64,000 nucleotides of DNA, from assembly GCF_009914755.1 (NCBI RefSeq), contig NC_060941.1; one strand, 5' to 3'. The translations under genes and the position numbers were made by a program. Below, piece after piece: positions 13,484-30,415 of the stretch. Under the pieces are notes generated by a model. That model was given only the letters and a program-made list of their open reading frames with translations, was not told where the DNA came from and did not search any database. Origin of the DNA: the human T2T-CHM13v2.0 reference genome, Homo sapiens. The first letter of the stretch is position 1. Every line of letters begins with the position of its first letter.

Positions 13484-14450
13484 TAAAGCTCTTTTTTTAA
13501 TGTATAATTTTAAGTGAAAAGAGCAGGAAGCACATAAAGATATAATCCCAATCCTGGATGAAAATAATCACTGAGTTCTTACTTTTTGCAAGGGACTCTG
13601 CATCTGCATTATCTCAGCTATTCTTCCCAACTCCATTTTATTTTCCCCATTTACAGATAAGGCCCAGAGAGGTTATATGGCTTACTGAAGACTAGCCAGC
13701 TAATGGTGGGGGAACTAGAATCCAAAACTGGGGAGGCTGGGTTCAGATGCCAGGCCCTTACCCCAGCAGTGGAAAGAAGGACAGATGTTACCCAGGGGAT
13801 CTCTTGGGAGGAGGGGGTTCCCCTGGTTTTCTCCCCACCCTTCCTTCATCTGCAGCTCCAGCTGGTCAGGATGGGCTGGTACTGCTATTGGTATTTTCCA
13901 GATGTCCAAAGAGGTAAAGGGGCTGCCTGAGGTAGCAGCCAGCGTATGTCAGAGGGAAGAGGGCTGGGGCAAGCTGATGCCCAGGGGCCTCAGCCTGGAG
14001 GCCCAGCACTCCTCTGCTCAAGGTTCTGCACAGCCCTGTGGCTGCTTTGCCTACCCTGATGTTTCCTCTCACCCCTCCGGCTTTTGCTTCTCCTTGGGGG
14101 CAGAAGGTATGAAGGATGAAATTGCCTTGGGTTCACATCTTGCCCCCACCAACCCATGCCGCTAACTCACTCAGTCACTGTGTGACCTTGAACTAGTCAG
14201 TGAACTTCTCAGAGCCTCAGTTCCCTTAACTGCAAACAGGGATCCTAGCAGTACTGGCCCCGGCCATGATTAAGCAGTACCAAGGCACTGTGGGCACCTC
14301 TACCCCACTTTCAGCCCATTTACACTCCCTAGCATTTAGTCTTCCAGGGAGGTGCATAGATCAGGACTGCTCTGCATGCCTGCTGCACAGTGAGGATTGC
14401 CTGAGCCTGGGAGCTCACTCAGGACCTTTTTCCCCTTCCTCCGTACACAG

Positions 14451-14584
14451 GCGGGAAGTCCAGGAGTACATCCCAGCCCAGCTCTACCGTACAACGGCAG
14501 GCTCGACCTGGCTCAACCTGGTCAGCCAGCACCGGCAGCAGACACAGGCGCTCAGCCCCCACCAGGCCCGTGCCCAGTTTCTGG
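14451..14584 (+). CDS. MYO15A: MYO15A exon 63 (FERM)
   Basis: tacacag acceptor, GTAAGA donor, 134 nt; REVQEYIPAQLYRTTAGSTWLNLVSQHRQQTQALSPHQARAQFL. Confidence 0.96.
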
Positions 14585-14969
14585 GTAAGAGCTGCAGGGC
14601 AGGGGAGGTGATCATAGGGGGCTTTGCTGAGGAGGGTGGTCATGGAGGATGGGTATGGAGGCACCTCTTTCTTTGCACAAAGGCATTTTTCAGTGCCAGT
14701 CAAGCTGAGCACCTGCCTGGAGAAAACATGTCTTTACATTATGGAGATGTCACCTAGGCTCAAAGTGGCCCTGGGCAGAGGAAGAAGAGCTGCAAGCAGG
14801 GATAGAGGAAGAGGCCATGAGAAGGGAGGCCAGAGAGATGGGAGGAGACCCAGACCAAGGGCTTCTGCACTGGCTGGACACAGCCCAGAGAAGCTATGCA
14901 GTTCAGGGCCATGGCTGTTGTCAGTGAGCCCTGCCCAGCACGTAACTGCCACCCCCTCTCCCTGCCCAG

Positions 14970-15103
14970 GCCTCCTCAGCGCCTTACCTATGTTCGGCTC
15001 CTCCTTCTTCTTCATCCAGAGCTGCAGCAACATTGCTGTGCCAGCCCCTTGCATCCTTGCCATCAACCACAATGGCCTCAACTTTCTCAGCACAGAGACT
15101 CAT
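14970..15103 (+). CDS. MYO15A: MYO15A exon 64 (FERM)
   Basis: tgcccag acceptor, GTGAGT donor, 134 nt; GLLSALPMFGSSFFFIQSCSNIAVPAPCILAINHNGLNFLSTETH. Confidence 0.96.
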
Positions 15104-15361
15104 GTGAGTGGCCTCAGCCTGGCACTGCCATCGCCACCCTCTGTTCCCTGGTCCCCAACCCCCTCCAAGAGGCCAAGACCTCCAGCCGCCGAAGCCCAGT
15201 TCCACTGCTTACCACCTTCATGATCTCAGGCAAGTCTCTTCCCTCCTCTGAGCCTTGCTTTCCTCATCTGGAAAATGAGGATAAGAGTTGAGCCCCACCC
15301 ATAGGGCTGTTGTGAAGGTGAGATGAGGTAAAACATACTCTATGCACTCAAATAGTACATC

Positions 15362-15738
15362 TGTGTGCTTAGGCTGCCATAATAAAAGACCACAGACTGA
15401 GTAACTTAAACAACAGAAGTTTATTTCTCACAATTCTGGAGGCTGGCGGTCCAAGGTCAAGGTGTCAGCAGGTTTGGTTTCTTTGGTGGTTTGCAGACAG
15501 CTGTCCTCACTGTGTCCTCACATGGCCTTTCCTCTGTGTGCGCACAACCCTGGTATCTCTGTGTATCCAAATTTCCTCTTATAAGGACATCTGTCATATT
15601 GGAGTAGGGCCCATCCTAACAGCTTCATTTTAACTTAGTAACCTCTTTAAAGGCCTTATTTCTAAATACATTCTGAGGCACTGGGAGTTAGGATTTCAAC
15701 ATGGGAATTTGGTGGGGGACATAATTCAGCCCATAATA
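15362..15738 (-). mobile_element. MaLR LTR (MLT1A/B-like)
   Basis: aggctgccataataaaagaccacagactg...aaacaacagaagtttatttctcacaattctggaggctgg...ataattcagcccataa. Confidence 0.75.
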
Positions 15739-16593
15739 AGTAGGACCTGTTACCCCCTTAGTTTTTGCTCCCAGAACTAGACCCTGCGACAGGGATTCCA
15801 GGGCAAGTGGTTGATTTAGAGTTGATTCCAGGAAACACTGGAGTGAGGAAGTGAGACAGGGAAGGGATGGAGCCAGTAGAGGGGGTGTTAGCAAGCAAGT
15901 TGCTGATGTGGGCACCTGGAGGTCAGTCCAGCTGGGGAGCCCTGAGAGACAGACTAGAGCTTTCCTTCTCTCCTGGGGGTGAGGGAGCTGGGGTGTCCAT
16001 TCAACACTTCCCATCTGTCATTAGCAAGAGCTTCTTTCTGAGGCATTAACTCTCTATCACTCTGACTTTCCCTGTATGTGGTCCAAGTTTGCTTCCTGGG
16101 CCAGAAAACAAGCCCCTAGACAGGCTAGGTACTTGACTCACATCTGCAGTCCTAGCACTTAGGGAAGCAGAGGCAGGAGGATTCCTTGAGCCCAGGAGTT
16201 TTAAGACTGGCCTGGGCAACACAGGAGGCCCCATTTTCCACAAAAAGGAAATTTAAAAAAGAGGTGGAGGTGTTCACAAGAAGCAACTTTGATGTGAAGT
16301 TCAGGGCACCAATACCTCTCTATCCCAAGCACTTAGAGCACTTAGAACAGTGCCTGGTACATGATAGATGCATCATCTCATCAGTATTTGTTGAATCAAT
16401 TTTATAGGTGAGGAAACTGAGGTCCAGAGAGGTAAAGTGATTTGCTCAAGGTCACGCAAGTCACTGGGGAACTGGTACTTGAACTGGAGTGAGTCTCCTG
16501 CCTCCTACAGATCTGATTTGCAGGGCAGGGGTAAGAGTGGTTGAGACTATCCTCGCCCACAGGCCTGTCCGGCCCCTCTCCTCCTACTCCCAG

Positions 16594-16734
16594 GAATTGA
16601 TGGTGAAGTTCCCCCTGAAGGAGATCCAGTCGACGCGGACCCAGCGGCCCACGGCCAACTCCAGCTACCCCTATGTGGAGATTGCGCTGGGGGACGTGGC
16701 GGCCCAGCGCACCTTGCAGCTGCAGCTGGAGCAG
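16594..16734 (+). CDS. MYO15A: MYO15A exon 65 (FERM)
   Basis: ctcccag acceptor, CAG|GTGGGC donor, 141 nt; ELMVKFPLKEIQSTRTQRPTANSSYPYVEIALGDVAAQRTLQLQLEQ. Confidence 0.96.
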
Positions 16735-17156
16735 GTGGGCCCAGCGCTAAGTCCAACATTCCACTCACTGGGCCCTTCTCTGGGCCTGGCTCCAAGATAG
16801 GTCAGGTCCCTGCCATGCCCCAGGGAGTATCCAGGCCAGTGCATGGGACAGAACCAACCACAGCACAGCACGGAACTGCAGATCATTATGGGTGGCCATC
16901 CAGGGAAGCAACTTGGCAGTGGGAACACAGGAAAGGGCAGTACGGAGCCATAGAAGGTTGATGAGAGGGCAAGGACACTAGAGGTTTGAGAAAGTTCACC
17001 TGGGCTGAGATGTGGAGGCTGGATTGTAGGCCCCAGGATTGAGGGTGGAGAAACTGGGCTTCCTGTGTGACAGATGGTGAAACTGAGACCCACCTGCCCT
17101 GTGCCTTCCTATGTTTGTAGCAACTGTGGCTGTTACTTAAAAGGCAGGGGTGAAAC

Positions 17157-18408
<1,252 letters not shown>

Positions 18409-18966
18409 CCCTAGACAATCTCTAAACGTTGCTGAGTCTGGGTCTCTCCCCAGGGCACCCTGTCTGATACTGAGGCTTTCAAAACCATGTCTACCATCAC
18501 AGCATCCATACTTCTACCTCCTGCCCAGACTACCTGAGCTCCAGGCTCCCTCAGCATCCCCCTTGGAGACCAACAGTCCTCTCCAGCTTTCCTCCCGATC
18601 CTCCCAGGCACTCAGGCCCCAAATCTGGGAGTCCTTCCCATCCCTGTCCCTTCCTCCCATGACCTTTGTGGCCTCCTCTCCCACCTCCCCCATCTCTGCT
18701 CATTCCTCCAGCCACCCTGGCTCCCTTGTGCTGAGCTTGTTCTCCCTGCCCTGGGCCCTCTGCCCTCACTGTCCTCTCCACCTGGAATGCTCTTCCTTGA
18801 TCCATCACAGGGCCCATTCTCTCCCTTTATTTGGGTTTCAGCACAAATATCACCTTTTTCTAGAAGCTTTCCCTAACCTTCCTCCCTAAGAACTCACGAT
18901 CCCTGCCCCCATAGCCCTACTTATGGCTTGGAAATCATTTAGTTATTTGTTTATGTATTGTCTCCT

Positions 18967-19702
<736 letters not shown>

Positions 19703-20902
19703 TTCCCCCATCAGAATGTCAGCTCCAAGAGAGCAGGACCGTATCCATCTTGTTCATGCTGTGTCCATAACTCAGCGCCTGGCACATAGTAGATGCTCCA
19801 TACATATTTGTTGGTTGCATGGGTGGGTGGGTGGATAGATGGATGGATGAAGGCCTCTTTGCTTTTCCCACTTCCTTGCAGCACCACCTGACCTCCTTAT
19901 GCTGCCCTCTCTGCCTCTGGCCTGTATGTGTCAGGGGCTACATTCATTCACTCATTCAGTATAGATCCACTGAGCATCTCTGTGTAGCAAAGATACTGAA
20001 GTGACTGAGACCCCCTCAGCTCTGGCCCTCACAGAGCCTCAGGTCTCAGATATAAAATATACCTTGATCAGTGCTGGGAGGGTATACAGGGGACCTGAGC
20101 TATCTGGGAGGTAATCAGGGAGAGCTTCCAGGAGGAGGTGATGTCTAAGTGCAGCAGTGTTGCACTAACAGACCTGGGTCCCTATCCTGCCTACCTTTGA
20201 CAGGCTGTGTGAGGGGATCTTGAGGTGTCCCTGATTCTCACTGAGCCTCAGGTTCCACACTGTCAAATGCAGCAACAATCCCAGCAAGGCCTAGAACATG
20301 GCAGCATGTAGGTAGGTAAAGGATTGGCTGGAGGAGAAGACTCCATTTGCACACGCTGATTTAATTAGTCGAGGTGGCCCCCAAGGCAGGGCCAGCACAG
20401 CTAACCTCAACAGAGAGCACTTCAGAGTGTGATCCTCAAGCCTCTTACCATCCAGGTTCAAATCCCACCACCTACCAGTTGTGCAGTCTGGAGCTTCAAG
20501 GCTCGGTGCCTGTTTCCCCACCTGTGGAATGGGATATAATAGCTCCTGTCTCTTAGAGACACTGTGGGGATTAAAACAGGTAGGACACATCAGGCCTTTA
20601 GGACAAGGCCTGGCACACAGTTAACACTCAGAGTGCGCCTCTAACATGATTTTATCCTTTCTCAGAGCAGCTTCCCTGGGGGGATTCCAACAATGGCTTT
20701 CGTCTGAGAACCACATTCACAGATTGATTTCCGCAATTCCCTGATGCCTTCCCCTACCCTGCTCCAATTGGGAGCACTAAGCCTGGGTCACTGCCCATTG
20801 TGCACTGTGGGAGCCAGGCGGTAACCATGGCAACAGACAGTTAGAAACTGTTACCATTTATTGATTGGATTCATATTTTTTAAATCTAAAGAATTTACAC
20901 GT

Positions 20903-21196
<294 letters not shown>

Positions 21197-21581
21197 GAAT
21201 TTACATGCAATAAAGCCTCACTGAATCCTCACCACAGCCCTGTCTGTGAGGCAGGCCCCTGGTCAATTGAGACCTTACAGATGAGGCCACTGAGGCTCAG
21301 AGAGGTGAAGCGATAGACCCTGGGTCACACAGCTCACACGGAGCAAAGCCGGAAGAGGCACTTGGTCTCCTGCTTGCTTACCCCTTGCAGCCCACACCCC
21401 ACCATTCGGCCTTCCAGCTCTTCATGCTCCTCTCAGGCCCTGGGGGAGGTGGGGACAAGGGTCCCTGCATGAATGATGGTCTCCACCTATCTCCCAACCA
21501 CCTCTCCATTCTGTACTTCCCACCCCAAGGTAAGAGCTGGGGAAGTGTTGGATGGGCGTGGACTGTCACTGTCACCTGCAG

Positions 21582-21683
21582 GGACTGGAACTGTGTCGTG
21601 TGGTGGCCGTGCACGTGGAGAACCTGCTCAGTGCCCATGAGAAGCGGCTCACATTGCCCCCCAGCGAGATCACCCTGCTCTGA
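21582..21683 (+). CDS. MYO15A: MYO15A terminal exon 66, coding part, ending in the class I PDZ ligand (whirlin-binding)
   Basis: cctgcag acceptor; GLELCRVVAVHVENLLSAHEKRLTLPPSEITLL-TGA (21681-21683). Confidence 0.96.
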   Translation, partial: GLELCRVVAVHVENLLSAHEKRLTLPPSEITLL

Positions 21684-22617
21684 CCCAGCCCCCAGCCCTC
21701 CAGTACCTTCTGCCAGAAGACTCACTGTGTGGCCTCAGAGAAATCACTGAACCTCTCAGGATCAATGACCCCTGTAAGGGGCCAGAGCCTTGGAGGACAC
21801 TAAGAGGAGGCAGGAGGAGCAACTCAAATCCCCAAGAACACAAGAAGACCCATCCTGAACTGGGATGGAATGGCAGCATGCAAACTTGGATCAGATAGCA
21901 GGAGGAACTTTCAAAAGTCTGGCCCACTGTGCAGTGGAGCAGAAGGCAGGACCATGAGGCCTCCTGCCATGTACCCATTGCAGACCCTGCCCCTAACTCC
22001 TGCCTATGACACAGAAGCCCCACACCAGTTGCCCAGATGAACTGGCCTCTGCCTTTGGTTTACTCAGGGTCTGATGTTGGAATCTGCTCCAACTCCACAC
22101 CCTAGCCCTTACATGTCCTCCTAAGGGGCCCCTCCTTGTGCTGCCAGTCAGCCTGGATTTCTGGTCTTTGGTTATTTCTGTGCAAACAAAAGGTGTGCCT
22201 GGCAGCCATTTCTCCATGGAGTTGCTAAGTGGCCGGAAAACAAGCCTGAGGGAGGAGGCAGGAGTTGGAGTTACCTTAGGCCCCTGATTCACTGCCTATG
22301 AACAGACCATCCCCCACTCCTTGGGTATCCCCAACCCCAGACCCCCATCACTTGATGGGCCACACAAGTTTGAGAGTGGTACAAGGGAGAAGTTTGGGAA
22401 AAGCCTTCTTGGAAAATGGGACATTAGCATTGAGTTTTGAAAGATGAGTAGGAGTTTGCTAAGAATAGATGGAAGACAGCAGGATAAACATTCCAGAGAA
22501 AATCATGTTTATTCCCTGCTGTATCTTCCAGAACCTAGGAGGATGCCTAACAGAGAGTAAGCACTTAAAAAATATTTGTCATATGAATGAAAAAATAAAC
22601 GAGTGAATGTTGATAGA
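21684..22617 (+). other. MYO15A: MYO15A 3'UTR (end approximate)
   Basis: Runs from the stop codon to about 20 nt past AATAAA at 22594. Confidence 0.75.
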
Positions 22618-22800
22618 AAGTGCTGGTGCTTTGGGGAGCTTGTGCGGGGCAGAGAACACTTGGGGAGACTAGATAGGTAGATGGGGGCATAGCTGCAAGA
22701 TCCATGGCAGCAGAGAAAGGATTTATCTACTTATTCAGCCATTCAATAGCTATTAAATACCTACTGTGAATGAGGCAAATACCAGGCACTGGCAGTTAAT
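22395..22800. mobile_element. L2 fragments around the MYO15A poly(A) site
   Basis: Sense L2 3' end (gtatcttccagaacctag...aaatatttgtcatatgaatga) at ~22505-22600; antisense L2-like pieces at ~22395-22500 and ~22730-22795. Confidence 0.6.
22594..22599 (+). terminator. MYO15A polyadenylation signal AATAAA
   Basis: First canonical AATAAA after the stop codon; GT-rich gtgctggtgctttgg follows at ~22620. Confidence 0.75.
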
Positions 22801-22965
22801 CACAGTCAAATCACCGCAAACTAGGATAAGACCTGTGAGTGGGAGTTAGCTAGGGAAAGAGGAAAGAGAACAACATACGCAGGGGCCCTGAGGTGCGCAT
22901 TACTTGTAGCAGGATCTGAGACTGAAGAGGCCGGCAAAGATGGTTTCGATAGGGCTTCTGGGCTA

Positions 22966-23600
<635 letters not shown>

Positions 23601-24774
23601 AATTTAGAATTTCATCCCAAGAGCCATGAGCAGCCTTCAAAGGTTTTCCAGAGGGGGAAGGGGAGGCACAACCTGCACAGACTGTACTTTGTTAAAGCCA
23701 TTCTGACCACTGAACGGTGAGTGAATGTAGGAGTTGGGGAGACCAGAGGGGGCTGCTGCAGTGTTAGCTGGAAAACTTGTCATAGATTCTAGTGGTGGTG
23801 ATGGGTGGGGAGAAGTTGGTAACTGGGGAGAGATTAGAAGGCCCAGCTGGCAGGACTAGGGGGTCAATCAGACCATCCTGGGATGGAGAGGATCAAGAAA
23901 GAGCCCCTGATACAAATGCCACAGGGCTGTCCTGCTTTTCACCACTGCCTTGGGTTGGCTTTCCCCAGAAGCAGACCCCAAGGTGAGGAAAGTAAGGAAC
24001 TCACCAGAAAGAGTGTGGTGTCAATCAAGTTACCACTGTGCAGGGGCCATGCCTGGCAGCAGCTCACTTAACCCCTGGGGTTCTGCCTGCGGCGCTGATG
24101 CTCAGTATAGGGACCCCCAAAACAGAGCACAGTGGGCTCCAACATGAGGCAGCCCTGAGGCCTGCCCTCTGCCCCTCATTTCTCATTGTTGTGAGATCAT
24201 ACATGGTGTGTGTGAGGGGGAGGGGGTGTCAGGCTAATTCTTTTGCCCCAAAACCTTTTCCCTAGTCAAGCTGAACTATGAGGCTCAGGAAGGGATGATG
24301 TGGCAGAGTGAAAACGAGGGGGCCCTTTTGGCTTTCAGAATACAACTGGGGCCTCCCACACAGACTACAAGCGGCTTCTTGGAAGTAGATCATCCAGGTT
24401 GAGCCAAAATGTGAATCACCTCTTCTCTAGGTTGACACAGCCTCTCCCATAACGGACACTGCATTGGAAGCTTCCCTGTGTTCCTCCCTGACTGCTCTTG
24501 AGCTAGGACTCTCCCCTCTCGGAGCCCCGGTGAGGGACAGCACAGATTCTGGAACCAGGCAGCCTGGGTTTGAATCATCACTAGGCCACATACTCGCTGT
24601 ATGGCCTTGGGCAAGTCATTTCACCTCTCTGGGCCTGTTTCCCTATATATACAATGGTAATAATAATAATGCCCTCCTCATTGAATTGTTTGGACGATTA
24701 ATTGGGCTAGTATATGCACAGGTCCTGGCACATAGTAAAAACTTGATAAGCTTTTTAAAAAAATGTCCATTCCA

Positions 24775-25694
<920 letters not shown>

Positions 25695-26214
25695 TGACTG
25701 CTTCAAAACTTTTTTGAATTGACTGTAGTCATTATCTATAGCTTAGCCTTAGCCTTGCGCCCGTTCGTTTCCTGGAGTTTTCTTCCAGAGTCCCCGTAGG
25801 AGGTGCCCCCACGCCCATCTCCAGCACCAAGGAGGCTCGACGCCAACCCCAGCGCGCCCCCACGCTCGCCGTCACCGGGACGTGACTCGTGAAACGTCCG
25901 CTCCGGGCGGCGGCGGCAGCGGCGGCAGGCTGGCTTGTACCCCGACAACGCGCGTCTGGCTTCTGCCGGACGTTCCTATCTGGGTTCAGAACTGGGGCCG
26001 GGTGCTGCAGGTCCCGCAGTCTGAGAAGTTTTCGCGGGTTTCAGAAGTTTCCTTAGGCGTTCTAAGGGCTTTACTCAGGTGGAGTCTCCATTCAGGCACT
26101 TATTTAACCACCCATTTCTCCTTTAGGGGTCCTCGCTGCTCGCCCAGCCGCTAATTAAGTGACGGACACAGTAGCTAAGGAGACTGCCTGATTGACACGC
26201 ATGATTACCAACCG

Positions 26215-26713
26215 ACTTCCGGAAACTCCAGTCAGGGCCTGCCCGGCGCGTGGCCCACGGCCCAATTAAAGAAGTGGAAGCGCCAAAGGGGGAGGTAACG
26301 GAGCGGCCTACGTTGTGGCGGTTCCCTGGTGAATGCGCCCTGGGGTTGAGGCGTCTGCGGGCGTTCGGACGATGCCGTGACGCGGCACGGCGACACTGTT
26401 GGCAATATGAGCGCACCCCTGTAGAGGGAGCCCTTCGGTCCTGGAGGCGGCGCGGCGTGAAGACAGGTTGCTATTTGAGAGCGTTCCCTTGAAGCCCCTC
26501 AGAGAGTGGGGGAGGGGCGGCGGACGGCAAGCGGTTCCTGTCTGCGCTTGCGCCGGCGCCTCTGCCGACCCGGCCTGCACGCACGCGCATGCCCGTAGCG
26601 CGCGGAGCCGCGGTGGCCGGCAGCACTGCGCGTGCGCGGTGAGGAGCCCGCTAAGGAGCGGCGCTGGCGGACGTCGGGCTGGCTGCCCGTGACGTCGTGC
26701 GGAGAGCTTTAAA
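26215..26713 (+). promoter_or_regulatory. ALKBH5: ALKBH5 core/proximal promoter motifs
   Basis: ETS palindrome ACTTCCGGAA 26215-26224; GC box GGGGAGGGGCGG ~26509-26520; NRF1-like GCGCNTGCGC at 26544-26553 and 26628-26637; CRE-like TGACGTCG 26690-26697; several RCGTG cores (25880, 26248, 26455, 26818), [14 protein letters not shown] known HIF induction of ALKBH5. The TSS cannot be fixed from sequence. Confidence 0.6.
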
Positions 26714-27038
26714 GTGCGGGCCGGGCCGGGCGTCCGAGGGTCTGGTCGGGAGTCGGGCCGCGTCTCCGCAGCAGCCCTCCGCGGCATGAGGCGCTGCCGG
26801 CGCCCCTGCCCCGCGGGACGTGGAGAAGGTGGAGGAGGAAGAAGCCCCGTTGTCGCCACCGTTGCATGACCCGCCGCTCCTGAGGCCCTACCCCACGCCC
26901 GGACCCTCGACGCCCCCCGCCGGGTCCCCCACTCACGCATGGGGGTTCGGCGCTAAGGACCCCCCTCCCTCCGGGGGCCCCGGGGCGCGTCCCCTTAGAG
27001 CCATGCCCGGCTGCCCCGCCCGCCCCGGAGGACCCTAG

Positions 27039-27827
<789 letters not shown>

Positions 27828-30210
27828 TAACCCACCCGGGTGGAGGGGGCGGCCCTGCGCCTGCTGCCTTAGCTACCCACCCTGGCCCAGAAAGCAGCAG
27901 CCCGTAGGAGTCTGCGTTTTTTACAGTTCTGACCAGTTCTTCTGTTTGTAGATTGTAGGGAGCGAGAGAAGGGTTTTGTGTTTAAGATACCTATAGCAAG
28001 AAAATAGGGAACCGATGTGGAAATCCTGTCCCCGAAGGCAGGTTTGACGGGATCACTGACTTGGCTGAGAATTCATCGAAAGCCATCTTTTCAGAAGGCT
28101 GTTCCCTTTGATTTTTTTTTTTCCCACCATCCATTTCTTAGCATAAGTCCCTTTGTGATTTTCCGGTTTTCCATTCTGGCCTTCCATTTACAAATCTATG
28201 CTTTAAAATTTTTTTTTTTTTTAATTTATCTAAAAGTCTTTCTTGTTCTGCCATTTTTGGATTCCTTAACAGAGAAAGTAGTCACAGGCAAAGGCCCCAG
28301 AGATTATTTAATTGAAGCACATTCTCCATTCCCAGGAGGGGGAGTGACTTCCCTGGAGTTGAACAGATTAGTGGTTGGGCCAGGCATACAGAGCAGCACA
28401 CTCTTAAAATTCTTCCCTCCTGGCTGCAGAAGAGCCCATCAGTTCTTTGTAAGAACGTGTTACTTGTAGTCAGGACTGAATACAACAGAATACAGCTGGT
28501 CTCTTGACTGTTTGGCCTTACAGTTGCGTGAGCAGCAGAACTTAGGCTTTTGGCCTATATTCGGTTCCCAGATCCTGCTGAGAATTAGCTCAGTGCCCTG
28601 GCCCCCAGAGGAGATTGCCATTGGGAACACCTTTGCTGTTTATGTGAAGTGAAAATTTATTTGGAAGCGGCCTCCTTCCAGTCCTGAAAAAGGTAAACCT
28701 AGTAATGTAATTCAGTAATACCCAAAACATCTTAGGTTTAGACCGCAGCTGTTCTCAGAGCAGCTTGGTTGACCACCACCAAATACAAGGTTGAGGACAC
28801 ACTGGGCTTTTGTCGTGAGCAGCCCAGGTTCTGAAGTGAGTCAGTAGGGCCAAAGTCATGAGGAGAAGCAGGGTCCCTGGAGCCTTCTTGATATGAGATT
28901 AGGTCATCTGTTTCATTTGAGTCTAACAGCTGAGGCTGCTTCCATGTTGGGGATGGCAGCAGAGCCTTGTAATGTCCAAGACGTCCTGGTGGGAAGGTGG
29001 GAAGTCAGTAGTAGCAGAAGCGATACTTTAGCTCTTTAGGCATCTGAAACTTAGAGGACAGCCTAGCTGTCAGATGCCTTCTTATAATGGGCTTCTGAGC
29101 TTCTCAGATCTTCATGGCGCTCCTAGATGGATGTCTTGGCAAAATGCTTTAAGATGGGATTTCCAGGACACACCCTCTCCGGGTGCTTGCTGTGTAAGGC
29201 AGGTTGGGGTCTGACCCCATTGACGGGTTCTCAGTGCAAAAATTACCTCACACAAGGACCATTTGGTCTCTTAGCGGGATATTAATTTTCTGCGTAGTCA
29301 TTGGCCCTCAGGGTGGTTGTCAGGAGGTCTAGTAGTGGTCTGGTGCTTAATGAGGGGATCACAAGGCATTTTTTTTTGGTTTTGGGACTACTACTCTCCT
29401 TAACACATGCCCACCCTGTATTTTAAGAACAGAAGTTTCGAGTTCTTAGTATGCAGGTCTGTTAGTGATCAGCAACAGGATTGCATCATCAGGAAAATTC
29501 TCTTCATCTTTTCCTCAGAATAGTAAAGTCCTAAAGCTTTCCCAGTCCCTGTCAACCCTTTCTGGATTCAGACTTGGCTGTGGTGTTAGTGTGGGAGGCT
29601 CAGCCATGTCCTGAAAAGTGCTGCCCCAGGCTTTGAATCCAGCTTTTCTCTCATTTGCTTTGGGATCTTGTAGGCGTTCTCTGAGCTGGCTTTCCCATCT
29701 GTAAGTGGGGATGATGCCAACTTCCAAAGCCTATTAGAATTAAATGTGGTGATTTGTTGTCTAAGATAGGGCCTGGCACAGGGTAGGTACTTAAATGGGT
29801 GCTTGCTTTCATATACAACCACTCAGTGATCCCCTGCTCTCTCACTGGGGAAGGAACTAGGGATTTGGTGGAGCCTGAAACATGACAGTTTCCCTTCGTG
29901 TAGTTCAAGCCCCATGGAGGCCTCAGACAGGAGGATAAGTTATAGCCCAGGAAGGTAACTGCAGAAGCACACTGAAGGGGGACATCTTTTCCACTTTGGA
30001 GTGTTGGAAGTTTAGGGGAGGAAATGAACTGGAATGTGAAAAGTGACTAGGAATGAGCCAAGCAGAGAAAGGTGGAGAAATACACAACAGCAGTGTCTTT
30101 GGCTGCAGTAGCAGGAGTAGCCATAGGTAAGAGGGGGTGGATGTTGATGGGAGGCAGATGGAGTTCATTAGTAGAGACTGTGGTTGAGGGTGCTCTGGTG
30201 AACTCTAGAT

Positions 30211-30415
30211 CAGGGCTTCTCAACAGTGCTATTGTTATTCAGGGCTTGATAATGCTTCATTGTTGAGGCTGTTCGTGCATTGTAGACTGTTCAGCAGCAT
30301 TCCTGGCTTCTATCTGCTAGGTGCCAATAGTGTTTTTTATGACAACCAGAAAGTGTCCAGACACTGCCAAATGCCGAGGCAGGGGAAGTGCAGAATCCTT
30401 AGTTGAGAGTCACTG
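30211..30415 (+). mobile_element. MER20-like hAT DNA transposon
   Basis: cagggcttctcaac ... gttgagagtcactg TIRs; ctctag-type target duplication on both sides. Confidence 0.75.

Noticed and set aside
15871-15887. CTCF-like motifs (also ~23741, ~42491, ~51467)
   Set aside because: Each has mismatches at core positions; cannot be supported without a PWM scan or ChIP data
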